64,000 bases of DNA from Pseudomonadota bacterium. Lineage in GTDB: Bacteria > Pseudomonadota > Gammaproteobacteria > Magnimaribacterales > D2472. The stretch lies in NCBI GenBank assembly GCA_028404565.1, contig JAOOBR010000004.1, forward strand, positions 1,827 through 65,826, read 5' to 3'. The notes beneath the pieces were generated by a model, which worked only from the letters and a program-made list of their open reading frames with translations, made no database searches and had not been told where the DNA came from. The position numbers and the translations under genes are program-made. Positions 12,271-22,593 of the stretch are shown piece by piece (the stretch's first letter is position 1; each line of letters opens with the position of its first letter).

Positions 12271-12953
12271 GTATTAGACTCAGATTTCTTTTGGCTGGTT
12301 TTTGTATAGGTCTTGCCGAGTTGCTCCCAGGGATTTCAGGGGCAACAGTAGCCCTGATGTTTGGCATATATAAAAAACTCATTGAATGTATTTCCAAACT
12401 AAAAGATCTAGATCTTCTTGTTCCATTGTTGCTTGGAATGACTGTAAGTGTTTTTGGTTTTTCAAAACTGATAAATTTTTTATTTTTAAATTACACCAAC
12501 TTATTCGAGTTTTTTATTGGAATTCTTATGATTTTCTATGGTGCTTATTTATTCTTAAGCAATATTCAAAAATCTAAAAGAAAAGAACTATTTATCTTTT
12601 CTTTATTATTTGTTATTTCAGTAGCTATTGGAGTCGCAATTGGAAATTTATCTGATTTGGATGCATCTGTTGGAACCTTTCCTTTAGTAATATATGGATT
12701 TATTGCGTTTTCTTTTCTTTTGATACCAGGTATATCCGGGAGCGCTTTTCTGCTAGCAATAGGGATTTATCCATTAATTATTGGATCAGTAGCAGACCTA
12801 AACTTATTAGTACTTCTTCCTTTTGCAATAGGAATGCTTTTTTCATTAATTACTATGCCAAAATTAATAGAAAAGCTTCTATCTAAATTTGATAAGAATA
12901 TCTATATGATTTTTGCAGGTTTTATTCTTGGTGCCGGCTCTTCAATAATTTAA
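12267..12953 (+). CDS. DUF368 family membrane protein (putative undecaprenyl-phosphate translocase)
   Basis: Two PG(I/V)SG repeats ([12 protein letters not shown]; [13 protein letters not shown]). ATG at 12267 overlaps the pcm stop. Confidence 0.85.
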   Translation: MSIRLRFLLAGFCIGLAELLPGISGATVALMFGIYKKLIECISKLKDLDLLVPLLLGMTVSVFGFSKLINFLFLNYTNLFEFFIGILMIFYGAYLFLSNIQKSKRKELFIFSLLFVISVAIGVAIGNLSDLDASVGTFPLVIYGFIAFSFLLIPGISGSAFLLAIGIYPLIIGSVADLNLLVLLPFAIGMLFSLITMPKLIEKLLSKFDKNIYMIFAGFILGAGSSII

Positions 12954-13273
12954 TAATCAAGAAGGTGTTTTTTTTCTTTAATGTTTTTCCATTCATCGGC
13001 ATTAGGAAGAGGTTCTTTTGCCTCCGAGATATTTGGATAAACATCAGCTAATTTTGCATTTATTTCTATAAAATCGATTTGATCTTCTGGTAGTTCATCT
13101 TCCGATAAAATTGCATCAATAGGGCACTCTGGCTCACACAAAGCACAGTCAATACATTCATCCGGATGTATGACAAGAAATTCTGGTCCCTCGTAAAAGC
13201 AATCCACAGGACAAACTTCTACACAATCAGTATATTTACACTTTATACAAGCTTCAGTAACTACAAATGCCAT
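12950..13273 (-). CDS. fdxA: 7Fe ferredoxin FdxA
   Basis: [18 protein letters not shown] and [12 protein letters not shown]. Confidence 0.95.
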   Translation of the reverse strand: MAFVVTEACIKCKYTDCVEVCPVDCFYEGPEFLVIHPDECIDCALCEPECPIDAILSEDELPEDQIDFIEINAKLADVYPNISEAKEPLPNADEWKNIKEKKHLLDY

Positions 13274-13340
13274 GATTATTTATTAGATAGGGTGATTCTA
13301 GCTAACAACAATGAAAAATTGTATATAAAGTCTTTAAATT

Positions 13341-13377
13341 TTGACATTTTTCTAATATACTGTACAAATATACAGTA
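13341..13377 (+). promoter_or_regulatory. recA promoter with LexA (SOS) box
   Basis: TTGACA at 13341-13346. TACTGTACAAATATACAGTA at 13358-13377 fits the CTG-N10-CAG gammaproteobacterial SOS consensus and covers the expected -10. Confidence 0.92.
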
Positions 13378-13387
13378 GGAGTTAATT

Positions 13388-14392
13388 ATGGCAGAAGATA
13401 AATCAAAGCAACTTAACGAGACTTTAAGTCAGATTGAAAAACAATTTGGTAAGGGAACTGTGATGAGAATGGGCGATAGAGAAGTTGTCGATATTCCCTC
13501 TATCTCTACTGGATCTTTGGGATTAGATATCGCTCTTGGAATTGGGGGAGTACCACAAGGTCGAGTTATTGAGATTTTCGGACCTGAATCATCTGGAAAA
13601 ACAACACTTACTTTGCAAGTGATTGCAGAATGCCAAAAAGCAGGGGGGACAGCAGCTTTTATTGATGCAGAACATGCTTTAGACCCGCTTTATGCAAAAA
13701 AACTTGGAGTTAATGTTGATGAGCTTCTGCTCTCACAACCAGATACTGGCGAACAAGCTCTTGAAGTAGCTGATATGCTTGTTAAATCTAATAGTGTAGA
13801 TCTGTTGGTGGTTGATTCAGTTGCGGCTTTAACGCCAAGAGCAGAAATTGAGGGCGAAATGGGAGATCATCATGTTGGACTTCAAGCCAGACTAATGTCA
13901 CAAGCTTTACGGAAAATTACTGGAAACATTCAAAGATCAAATGCCACTGTAATCTTTATCAATCAAATAAGGATGAAAATAGGAGTTATGTTTGGTAATC
14001 CTGAAACTACCACAGGAGGTAATGCTCTTAAATTCTACTCGTCAGTTAGATTAGATATACGAAGAATTGGTGCAGTAAAAGAAGGAGAAGAAGTCATAGG
14101 TAATGAGACGAGAGTAAAAGTAGTAAAAAATAAAGTCTCTCCACCATTTACAAAAGCAGAGTTCCAAATCTTATATGGAAAGGGAATTAATGTTGAAGGA
14201 GAAATTATCGACTTTGGACAAAAACTAGGCCTCATTGAGAAAGCAGGTTCTTGGTATAGCTACAATGATGAAAAGATTGGTCAGGGCAAAACTAATGCAA
14301 GCAATTTTTTAAGGGAAAATAAAAAAATACGAAATGCTCTTGTAAAACAAATAAAAGCAGCCCACATCAAATCAAAATCAAAGAAAAAATAA
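13388..14392 (+). CDS. recA: Recombinase RecA
   Basis: [37 protein letters not shown]. Confidence 0.99.
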   Translation: MAEDKSKQLNETLSQIEKQFGKGTVMRMGDREVVDIPSISTGSLGLDIALGIGGVPQGRVIEIFGPESSGKTTLTLQVIAECQKAGGTAAFIDAEHALDPLYAKKLGVNVDELLLSQPDTGEQALEVADMLVKSNSVDLLVVDSVAALTPRAEIEGEMGDHHVGLQARLMSQALRKITGNIQRSNATVIFINQIRMKIGVMFGNPETTTGGNALKFYSSVRLDIRRIGAVKEGEEVIGNETRVKVVKNKVSPPFTKAEFQILYGKGINVEGEIIDFGQKLGLIEKAGSWYSYNDEKIGQGKTNASNFLRENKKIRNALVKQIKAAHIKSKSKKK

Positions 14393-14409
14393 TTTAATAT
14401 ATTTGCCTG

Positions 14410-14451
14410 AAAAATGATTGAGTATTAGAATTTACTCAATCATTTTTTTTT
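14410..14451 (+). terminator. 15-bp perfect inverted repeat with U-tract after recA (intrinsic terminator or operator)
   Basis: AAAAATGATTGAGTA(14410-14424), 8-nt loop, TACTCAATCATTTTT(14433-14447), then more Ts. Confidence 0.7.
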
Positions 14452-14460
14452 GGAGTTTTT

Positions 14461-15642
14461 ATGGCAGAAAAAGCATTTATTGTAGAGGCAGTTAGAACTG
14501 CTGGTGGAAAAAGAGATGGAAGATTAAGTTTATGGCATCCTGCAGATTTAGGGGCAAAAGTACTTGATGAGTTAGTTTCTAGACTGGATATGGATCCTGA
14601 GCTAGTAGATGATGTAATCTTTGGTTGTGTTGATCAAGTTGGAGCCCAGTCAGGAAATATTGCAAGGAATGCAGTTCTTTCTTCCTCTTTTCCTGAGTCT
14701 GTTCCTGGTACTTCTGTGGATAGACAATGCGGATCTTCGCAACAAGCAATTCATTTTGCTATTCAGGCAGTAATGTCTGGTACACAGGACATCGTCATAG
14801 GTGGTGGTGTTGAGGTTATGTCAATGGTTCCAATTGGAGCCGCAGTAAAAGACGGTTTTGATGCAGGTCATGGACTCCCATTTGATTCAGAGGGAATGAA
14901 ACAGAGATATCCAGAGATATTCTTTTCACAATTTACTGGTGCTGAACTTGTTGCAGATAAATGGAATCTTTCAAGAGAAGACCTTGATCAATTTGCTCTA
15001 GAAAGTCATCAAAAAGCAGCTAATGCAACAGAATCTAATTTTTTTGATCGTGAAATTCTTCCCGTTAAAGGCAAGAATGCTGAAGGCATTGAAGATATGG
15101 TAATCGCTGATGAGGGAATAAGATTTGATGCAAGCTTTGATAAATTGGCTGGTTTAAAGACTGTTACTGAAGGTGGAGTTATAACCGCTGGTAATGCAAG
15201 CCAAATAACTGATGGAGCTGCAGCAGTTTTAGTTTGCAATGAATCAGGCCTCAAGAAAATTCAAGCAAATCCAAGAGCAGAAATAGTATCAATCTCTGTC
15301 GTAGGAGATGACCCAGTATTTATGCTAACTGGTCCAATTCCTGCTTCAAAAAAAGCATTAGAAGCTGCAAATTTATCAATAGATGATATAGATCTTTATG
15401 AGGTCAATGAAGCATTTGCTCCTGTTCCTCTTGCATGGGCAGCTGAGCTACATGCTGATAAAGAAAAGCTTAATGTAAATGGGGGCGCAATGGCTTTAGG
15501 TCATCCCCTAGGAGCTACGGGCGCAAAACTAATGACTACACTTCTTCATGAAATGGAGAGAAGAGAGTCAAAATATGGTCTCCAAGCAATTTGTGAAGGT
15601 GGCGGAACTGCAAATGCGACCATAATAAAAAGAGTAAGTTAA
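14461..15642 (+). CDS. Thiolase (acetyl-CoA C-acyltransferase)
   Basis: DRQCGSS catalytic Cys, NEAFA, GGAMALGHPLGATG, CEGGG. Confidence 0.95.
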   Translation: MAEKAFIVEAVRTAGGKRDGRLSLWHPADLGAKVLDELVSRLDMDPELVDDVIFGCVDQVGAQSGNIARNAVLSSSFPESVPGTSVDRQCGSSQQAIHFAIQAVMSGTQDIVIGGGVEVMSMVPIGAAVKDGFDAGHGLPFDSEGMKQRYPEIFFSQFTGAELVADKWNLSREDLDQFALESHQKAANATESNFFDREILPVKGKNAEGIEDMVIADEGIRFDASFDKLAGLKTVTEGGVITAGNASQITDGAAAVLVCNESGLKKIQANPRAEIVSISVVGDDPVFMLTGPIPASKKALEAANLSIDDIDLYEVNEAFAPVPLAWAAELHADKEKLNVNGGAMALGHPLGATGAKLMTTLLHEMERRESKYGLQAICEGGGTANATIIKRVS

Positions 15643-15673
15643 AGAAACCCTAAGTAGATACTCTAAAATTGTT

Positions 15674-17116
15674 ATGCAATCAGGCCTTAAGAATTCTTAT
15701 GCCCAGGATTTGCCTGAGTTATCAAAGAAGTGTATTCCTTCTGGATTCCAGAATTCTGAAATAATTCTTAAAAATTATGAACTTGGCGAGGAGCTTGGTT
15801 TTAGTAAAAAGTTCTTAGACTCTGATAAATGTCTAAATGTTTTCAGTGGTAATGTATTACTTAGAGATTCAATGCCTATTGCACAAGCATATTCCGGACA
15901 TCAATTTGGACAATTTAATCCAAATCTTGGTGATGGAAGAGCGATCTTGCTTGGAGAGATTAACAATCTAGATATTCAATTAAAAGGTATTGGACAAACG
16001 CCTTTTTCTAGAAGAGGAGACGGAAAATCTGCTCTTAGTCCTGTATTAAGAGAATACATAATAAGCGAATTCATGAATGCAGCTGGGATACCAACAACTC
16101 GAGCACTTCTTGCTTTAAAAACTAATGAAAGTGTAACAAGAGACACTGAGCTTCCTGGAGGTATTCTTGTAAGAGTTGCTAATAGCCATATAAGAATAGG
16201 TACATTCGAGTTTGCTGCTATGCAAGGTACTCAGATATTAAAAAAGTTAGCAGATTATTCTATTCTTAGACATTACCCTGAATTAAAAAATTCCAATGAC
16301 AGATATATAAAGTTTTTTGCTGCTGTATGTGAAAGTCAGACAAGATTAGTTTCTAAGTGGATGAATATTGGATTTATTCATGGAGTTATGAATACAGATA
16401 ATGTGACTGTTTCTGGAGAAACGATTGACTATGGACCATGCGCTTTTATGGATTATTATGATCCAAAGACAGTTTTTAGCTCAATAGATGTTGCAGGAAG
16501 GTATTGTTATGGAAATCAACCTGCAATTCTTGTTTGGAATCTTTCTAAATTAGCTGAAGCTCTCATCCCCCTCATTGATGATAATGAGCAAAAATCAATT
16601 GAAAAATTAACTGAAGTTCTTCAAGAAGTAATGCCTTCCTTCGAAAAATACTTTTACTCAGAAATGGGAGAAAAGCTAGGTATTGATTCGATAAATCAAA
16701 ACAATATAAATCTTGTAAAAGATTATCTTAAAATATTAGATTCAAATTCAATTGATTTCACTCTGTCCTTTAGAGACTTATCAAAAATACTCAACAAGAC
16801 GAAGAGTATAGAGGATTCAGTTTTTAAAAATTCAGGCGATTTCAAGAAGTGGACTGAAGACTGGATGATAAAAATTATTACAGAAAAGACCAATCCTAAA
16901 GACATTGCAAAGAAAATGGATTTAACTAATCCATGTTATATCCCTAGGAATCATATTATCGAGGATGCGCTTGAAAATGCTGTAAACGGCGACATGAATC
17001 TTATCAATGAAATTCTTAAGCTATATAATAATCCCTTTGATGAGAATGAACATACTGAAACTTTTAAGAAGCCCTCTGAAACAAATACACCATTTGTAAC
17101 ATTTTGTGGTACTTAA
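15674..17116 (+). CDS. selO: Protein adenylyltransferase SelO/YdiU
   Basis: YSGHQFG...LGDGRA, QLKG.G.TPFSRRGDG, HGVMNTDN, IDYGP, C-terminal TFCGT. Confidence 0.93.
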   Translation: MQSGLKNSYAQDLPELSKKCIPSGFQNSEIILKNYELGEELGFSKKFLDSDKCLNVFSGNVLLRDSMPIAQAYSGHQFGQFNPNLGDGRAILLGEINNLDIQLKGIGQTPFSRRGDGKSALSPVLREYIISEFMNAAGIPTTRALLALKTNESVTRDTELPGGILVRVANSHIRIGTFEFAAMQGTQILKKLADYSILRHYPELKNSNDRYIKFFAAVCESQTRLVSKWMNIGFIHGVMNTDNVTVSGETIDYGPCAFMDYYDPKTVFSSIDVAGRYCYGNQPAILVWNLSKLAEALIPLIDDNEQKSIEKLTEVLQEVMPSFEKYFYSEMGEKLGIDSINQNNINLVKDYLKILDSNSIDFTLSFRDLSKILNKTKSIEDSVFKNSGDFKKWTEDWMIKIITEKTNPKDIAKKMDLTNPCYIPRNHIIEDALENAVNGDMNLINEILKLYNNPFDENEHTETFKKPSETNTPFVTFCGT

Positions 17117-17126
17117 AAGTACTAGT

Positions 17127-17648
17127 TTAGTTTTTTATTCTTAGTGTTCCAGCAAAATCAAGTTTACCTATTTCAAGACCCTTAACTCTGAACAGATCAT
17201 ATAATGTTGTAACATGAAAATAGAAATTAGGAAGTGAGAAAGAAAGAATAAAGTCCTCTGCTGTAAAGGACCATTCTATTTGCCCCATTCTAAACATTAC
17301 TTCTTTACCTGAAAGAGAATTTATATCTTCATCAGAAAAATGATTTAATTTTTCCTCAGCATTTTCAAGCATATCAATAAGATCATTGAAACTTAAATTC
17401 TCTGGCATTTTTGGAGGAGCGAATTCACCTGTTTTTAGAGCATCTATAGCACCTACAGAATGATGAACGACACTGAAAACTTGGAAAGTTAATGGAGCCA
17501 TGTCCTCTATCAATCTCATTTCAGCTAGATCATTTAAGTTTGTACCTTCATCAGTAAAATATTTTTCAGCTTTCTTCATAATAGCTAAAGATGCAGGAAG
17601 AAGCTGTTTGTAAGTTTTAAGCGATGCATCGCTGAGCAAAATACTCAT
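17127..17648 (-). CDS. DUF1993 family (DinB-like) protein
   Basis: RLIEDMAPLTFQV, SLPNFYFHVTTLYDLFRVKGLEIGKLDF; AAGGAG RBS upstream. Confidence 0.88.
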   Translation of the reverse strand: MSILLSDASLKTYKQLLPASLAIMKKAEKYFTDEGTNLNDLAEMRLIEDMAPLTFQVFSVVHHSVGAIDALKTGEFAPPKMPENLSFNDLIDMLENAEEKLNHFSDEDINSLSGKEVMFRMGQIEWSFTAEDFILSFSLPNFYFHVTTLYDLFRVKGLEIGKLDFAGTLRIKN

Positions 17649-17661
17649 ATTTTTCTCCTTT

Positions 17662-18927
17662 TTAAATTATTTCCTCTACTTCATTCAAAGCAGAAGCCAC
17701 TTTCTCTCCATTCCTGAAGATAATTTCAACCTTTTTATGATCCGTAAAATTTTTACCAAAAACGATCGATACAGGAACGCCAATTAACTCAGAATCTTTT
17801 ATCTTTTTCCCAAAACCATCATCTCGATCATCCAATACTACCTCGAACCCTTTCTGAGTGAGCTCTTTATAAAGTTTTCTGGATGATGCTTCAATATTTT
17901 TGTCTTTATCAGCCCCGATTGTAATTATATTTAAATCAAAAGGAGAAATAGATTTTGGCCAAATAATTCCCTTATCATCAAAATTTTGTTCAATTGCAGC
18001 CGCGACTATCCTTGAGATACCTATTCCATAACATCCCATGTGCATGTTTTTAGCTTTACCTGAGTCATCTAAAACAGTCGCATTCATATTTTCGCTATAC
18101 AGCTTGCCCAATTGGAATATATGTCCCACTTCAATACCTTTTGTAATTTCCAGCAATCCATTCCCATCAGGTGATTCTTGTCCAACTAGTGATTTTGAAT
18201 CTTGACCATTTTCAAGCAAAAGCTCAGCATTAACCGCATAATCAGATTTATCAGATACTGCAAGAGTATCTTCACCATTTTCTGCAAGTACATGAAATTC
18301 CTCAGATTTATCTCCACCAATTGCGCCTGAGTCTGCTTTTACTATTTTAAAATCTAGCCCTATTCTCTCAAAAATTTTTGAGTAGGCATTTCTCATTATT
18401 TGGTATGTTTCTTCCAAGCTTTCTTCAGAAAGATGAAAGCTGTAAGAATCTTTCATTAAGAATTCTCTACTCCTCATCACTCCATATCTTGGTCTTATTT
18501 CATCTCTAAATTTAGTTTGTATTTGATATATATTCAAAGGAAGCTCTTTATAACTTTTGACATTATTTTTAATTAAATCAGTTATTACTTCTTCATGAGT
18601 AGGACCTAGGCAAAAATCTCTATCGTGACGATCTTTAAATCTAAGCAATTCTGGACCAAATTTATCCCATCTCTTTGATTCATTCCATAAGTCCTTTGGT
18701 TGCACCATCGGCATTAGCACTTCATGCGCTCCCGCATTGTTCATCTCTTCTCTAACAATATTTTCAACCTTATTTAAGACCCTTAAACCAAGCGGAAGCC
18801 AAGTATAAATCCCAGAGGCATTTTTTCTTATCATGCCAGACTTAAGCATGAGGCTATTACTTATAACTTGAGCATCTTCAGAAGCAGTATCTTTTAGCGT
18901 AGGAATGAAATAATTTGACCAAAACAT
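17662..18927 (-). CDS. proS: Proline--tRNA ligase lacking the INS editing domain
   Basis: [37 protein letters not shown]; only 421 aa. Confidence 0.97.
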   Translation of the reverse strand: MFWSNYFIPTLKDTASEDAQVISNSLMLKSGMIRKNASGIYTWLPLGLRVLNKVENIVREEMNNAGAHEVLMPMVQPKDLWNESKRWDKFGPELLRFKDRHDRDFCLGPTHEEVITDLIKNNVKSYKELPLNIYQIQTKFRDEIRPRYGVMRSREFLMKDSYSFHLSEESLEETYQIMRNAYSKIFERIGLDFKIVKADSGAIGGDKSEEFHVLAENGEDTLAVSDKSDYAVNAELLLENGQDSKSLVGQESPDGNGLLEITKGIEVGHIFQLGKLYSENMNATVLDDSGKAKNMHMGCYGIGISRIVAAAIEQNFDDKGIIWPKSISPFDLNIITIGADKDKNIEASSRKLYKELTQKGFEVVLDDRDDGFGKKIKDSELIGVPVSIVFGKNFTDHKKVEIIFRNGEKVASALNEVEEII

Positions 18928-18992
18928 ATCTATTTTATTTTTGCATATAAAAAATACTTATAGTTTATAATTTTATAGTTTTTTTTAGTTAT

Positions 18993-19274
18993 ATGCCCAT
19001 TTATGAATACAAATGCTCAAATTGTGGGCACCAATTTGAAAAAATACAGAAATTTTCGGATGATCCACTAAAAAAATGTCCAAATTGTGATAAAAATGCT
19101 TTAAATAAGTTAATATCCAGCCCATCATTTAGGCTTAAGGGCAGTGGATGGTATGAAACTGACTTTAAAACAGGTAATAAAAAGAACATACTAAATAAGG
19201 AAAAAGATACTAAAGACTCCACAAAGTCTAAAAAAAAGAATAAGGATAGCGGAAAGGTAAGCAATGAGAACTGA
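18993..19274 (+). CDS. FmdB family zinc-ribbon protein
   Basis: [11 protein letters not shown]...CPxC...[11 protein letters not shown]; usual position upstream of aspS. Confidence 0.92.
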   Translation: MPIYEYKCSNCGHQFEKIQKFSDDPLKKCPNCDKNALNKLISSPSFRLKGSGWYETDFKTGNKKNILNKEKDTKDSTKSKKKNKDSGKVSNEN

Positions 19275-21027
19275 ATACTGTGGGAATGTAACTAAAGAAC
19301 ATTTAGGAAAAGATGTTTCAATATGTGGTTGGGTCCATCGAAGGCGAGACCATGGTGGCGTTATTTTTCTTGATATAAGAGATCTTGAGGGTATTTGTCA
19401 GGCAGTTATCGATCCATCAAACGAAGAGGCATTTTCCCTTGCAGATAAATGTAGAAGCGAGTTTGTTATTAATATAAAAGGAAGTGTCCGAGAGCGACCT
19501 GAGGGAACTGTTAACTCTAAAATGAAGACTGGGGAGATTGAAATAGAAGTAAGCGAATTAGAGGTTTTAAACTCTGCTGCAACACCAGCATTCCCTCTAG
19601 ATGATTACCAAGATGTTAATGAGGATGTTCGATTAAAAAATAGAATCCTAGATTTAAGAAGACCTGAAATGAATAATAGGATTCTTAAAAGATCTAAAAT
19701 CGTATCTACCATAAGAAATTTTTTAGAAGGCAGAAGTTTCAATGAAATAGAAACTCCAATACTCACAAGAGCAACTCCTGAAGGAGCAAGGGACTATATT
19801 TTGCCAAGCCGTGTTCACCCCGGAAGCTTTTACGCTCTTCCTCAGTCCCCTCAACTTTTCAAGCAAATGCTCATGATGGGAGGAATGGACAGATACTATC
19901 AAGTTGCAAGATGTTTTAGAGATGAAGATCTAAGAGCAGACAGACAGCCTGAATTTACTCAGATTGATATAGAAGCATCTTTTGTTGAGGAGAAAGATAT
20001 CATTGAGCTTGGCTCAAGCTTACTAAAGCTTTTGCTTAAAGATTTTGCAAATCACAACATAGATAATATTGATGAACTTGACTATGCGGATGCTATTAAT
20101 AAATACGGCTCAGACAAACCTGATCTAAGAATACCTCTTGAGTTGATAGAGATTTCTGATGAAGCTAAAAAGGAGGAATTTAAAGTTTTCTCTGATCCTG
20201 CAAAAAATGATGGATCAAGAGTTGTTGCTTTAAAAGTAGATGGAGGAAATAAACTTACAAGATCTCAAATAGATGAATATACAAATTTTGTAGGTAAATT
20301 GGGAGCAAAAGGGCTTGCTTATATAAAAATTAATGATGCTTCTGACATCGAAAATGGACTCCAATCTCCAATTCTTAAGTTCCTTTCTAAAGACTTCATT
20401 ACTGATCTTTTTAACAAGCTGAATCCTGTAGATGATGACTTAATTTTCTTCGGTGCAGGACCTTCTGAGGTAGTTAATTTAAGTATGAGCTCTTTAATAA
20501 AGAAACTTGGAAAAGATTTAGATTTATATCAAAACGATTGGGCGCCATGTTGGATAACTAATTTCCCAATGTTTGAAAGCGATGCAGGTAATTTGAAGGC
20601 GCTCCATCATCCATTTACAAGACCTAAAGAGGATCTAGAAAAATTTAGAAAGGATCCATCTGGTGCTCAAGCTTATGCTTATGATCTAGTTCTCAACGGA
20701 TATGAAATCGGCGGAGGTTCTTTGAGGGTTCATGACTCTAAAATGCAATCGGCTATCTTTGATGCTCTAAATATTTCAAGTGAGGAGGCAAGTCTTAAGT
20801 TTGGATTCTTGCTTGATGCTCTTAAAACTGGATGTCCGCCTCATGGCGGTATAGCTCTAGGTCTTGATAGAATTGTCATGCTGCTAACTGAAACTGAAAA
20901 TATAAGAGATGTAATTGCATTCCCTAAGACTCAAAGCGCATCATGTCTTCTTACAGACGCTCCAAATATTGTTGATGAGTCTCAACTTAACGAACTGCAT
21001 ATTAAAAAAGATCTTGATGAGGAATAA
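19264..21027 (+). CDS. aspS: Aspartate--tRNA ligase, probably non-discriminating (Asp/Asn)
   Basis: [37 protein letters not shown] and RPEG are of the ND type. Confidence 0.97.
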   Translation: MRTEYCGNVTKEHLGKDVSICGWVHRRRDHGGVIFLDIRDLEGICQAVIDPSNEEAFSLADKCRSEFVINIKGSVRERPEGTVNSKMKTGEIEIEVSELEVLNSAATPAFPLDDYQDVNEDVRLKNRILDLRRPEMNNRILKRSKIVSTIRNFLEGRSFNEIETPILTRATPEGARDYILPSRVHPGSFYALPQSPQLFKQMLMMGGMDRYYQVARCFRDEDLRADRQPEFTQIDIEASFVEEKDIIELGSSLLKLLLKDFANHNIDNIDELDYADAINKYGSDKPDLRIPLELIEISDEAKKEEFKVFSDPAKNDGSRVVALKVDGGNKLTRSQIDEYTNFVGKLGAKGLAYIKINDASDIENGLQSPILKFLSKDFITDLFNKLNPVDDDLIFFGAGPSEVVNLSMSSLIKKLGKDLDLYQNDWAPCWITNFPMFESDAGNLKALHHPFTRPKEDLEKFRKDPSGAQAYAYDLVLNGYEIGGGSLRVHDSKMQSAIFDALNISSEEASLKFGFLLDALKTGCPPHGGIALGLDRIVMLLTETENIRDVIAFPKTQSASCLLTDAPNIVDESQLNELHIKKDLDEE

Positions 21028-21030
21028 ATA

Positions 21031-21774
21031 ATGGCTGGTCATTCCAAATGGGCAAATATAAAACATAGAAAAGCCAGACAAGATGCTAAAAGAGGAAAGA
21101 TATATACTAAATTGATCCGTGAGCTTACCGTTGCAGCAAAAGCAGGTGGCGGTGATCCTAATGATAACCCTAGATTGCGATTGGCTCTTGATAAAGCTAA
21201 TTCTGAAAATATGCCTAAAGATACAATAAATAGGGCTATAGAGCGGGGAACTGGTGCAGGAGAAGCTGGGAACCTTGAGGAAATTACATATGAAGGATAT
21301 GGTCCAGGAGGGGTTGCTGTTTTAGTTGAGGCAATGACTGATAATCGAAATAGAACTGTTGCAGATGTTAGACATGCATTCACAAAATTTGGAGGTAATC
21401 TTGGTACAGATGGTTCCGTTAGTTACTTATTTAACAAAATTGGCCTTGCGATGATTGAAAAAAATCAAGATGAAGATGCAGTAATGGAAATTTTATTGGA
21501 TTTTGATGGTGAAGACCTAGAAGATACTGGAGATAATTTTGTAGCGACAGTGCCATCTCAAAATCTTTCTGCATTTGTAGAGAAGCTAAAGGAACAAGGG
21601 ATAGAAGTTGAAAATGCAGAGGTCACAATGAAAGCTGATACAAGCGTACCTGTTGATCAAGAAATGGGAGAAAAAGTTCTAAGGATTCTTGATTTTTTAG
21701 ATGAAGTAGATGATGTTCAAGAAGTACATTCAAATGCAGAATTTCCTGACGACTTTAAACCTTCGGAGCATTAA
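21031..21774 (+). CDS. yebC: YebC/PmpR family protein
   Basis: MAGHSKWANIKHRK, YEGYGPGG, TDNRNRT. Confidence 0.97.
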   Translation: MAGHSKWANIKHRKARQDAKRGKIYTKLIRELTVAAKAGGGDPNDNPRLRLALDKANSENMPKDTINRAIERGTGAGEAGNLEEITYEGYGPGGVAVLVEAMTDNRNRTVADVRHAFTKFGGNLGTDGSVSYLFNKIGLAMIEKNQDEDAVMEILLDFDGEDLEDTGDNFVATVPSQNLSAFVEKLKEQGIEVENAEVTMKADTSVPVDQEMGEKVLRILDFLDEVDDVQEVHSNAEFPDDFKPSEH

Positions 21775-22199
21775 TGCCAGTTAATTCTAGAGCAAAGGGA
21801 GCTAATTTTGAGAGAGAAATTGGAAACCTTCTTGTAAAAGATTTAGGCTTAAAGAATCCTGTCAAAAGGATTCTTGAACAGACTAGAACGAAAGAATTGC
21901 CCGATCTCATGTTAGGAAGATGGTGTATTGAATGTAAACGTTATGGTGATGGCTCTGAGCCAAGTGCTGATTGGTGGAATCAAGTGCTTATCGCATCAAG
22001 AAATGACAATCAAATACCAGCTTTGGTTTATAAATTTAATAGGAAACCGCTAAAAGTTAGAATTCTGGCATCAAGTATAAATACTAAGATTGAAAATCAA
22101 GATATAACCGTTGATCTATCATGGGAAGATTTCATTTCAATTATTAAAGAATTATTTTTAGAAGATATTGACTTACATGAAAAAAGTTCACAGGTGTAG
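21774..22199 (+). CDS. Putative Hjc-like (archaeal/phage-type) Holliday junction resolvase, PD-(D/E)XK fold
   Basis: N-terminal SRAKGANFERE, PD44 and IE53CK55 match the Hjc catalytic E...D...ExK pattern. Occupies the ruvCAB slot. Confidence 0.8.
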   Translation: MPVNSRAKGANFEREIGNLLVKDLGLKNPVKRILEQTRTKELPDLMLGRWCIECKRYGDGSEPSADWWNQVLIASRNDNQIPALVYKFNRKPLKVRILASSINTKIENQDITVDLSWEDFISIIKELFLEDIDLHEKSSQV

Positions 22200-22593
22200 A
22201 GATTTCAACATTTTTGTTTTTGTTGAGGATACTGATTTTCAGGGAATTGTTTACCACGCAAATTACTTGAAATATTTCGAAAGAGCGCGATCAAGCTGCC
22301 TTAAAGATCTTGATATTTCTCAGAGTGAGGAAATTGTTGCAGGAAAAGTTTTTATCATAAAGACTATAAATATTGAGTTCGTAAAACCAGCTAAGATTGA
22401 GGATAATTTGGTTGTTTCCTCAGAAATTGAATACTCATCTAATGCTCGACTATTCTTTCATCAACAAATCAAAAGGAAAGAAAGTGATGATATTATATGT
22501 AGTGGAAAAGTTGAGGTATGTTTTTACGATCAAAATAAAGATAAACCAGTTGCTTTCCCAAAAAAATTATTAAAAGTCTTTAAAAATGAATGA
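22177..22593 (+). CDS. ybgC: Tol-Pal-associated acyl-CoA thioesterase YbgC
   Basis: EDTDFQGIVYHANYLKYFERAR; precedes tolQ. Confidence 0.93.
   Translation: MKKVHRCRDFNIFVFVEDTDFQGIVYHANYLKYFERARSSCLKDLDISQSEEIVAGKVFIIKTINIEFVKPAKIEDNLVVSSEIEYSSNARLFFHQQIKRKESDDIICSGKVEVCFYDQNKDKPVAFPKKLLKVFKNE

Noticed and set aside
21774-22199. Prophage remnant or restriction endonuclease explanation for the PD-(D/E)XK ORF
   Set aside because: No other phage genes, no methyltransferase and no att-like repeats. The ORF is intact, overlaps both neighbours and sits exactly in the ruv slot.
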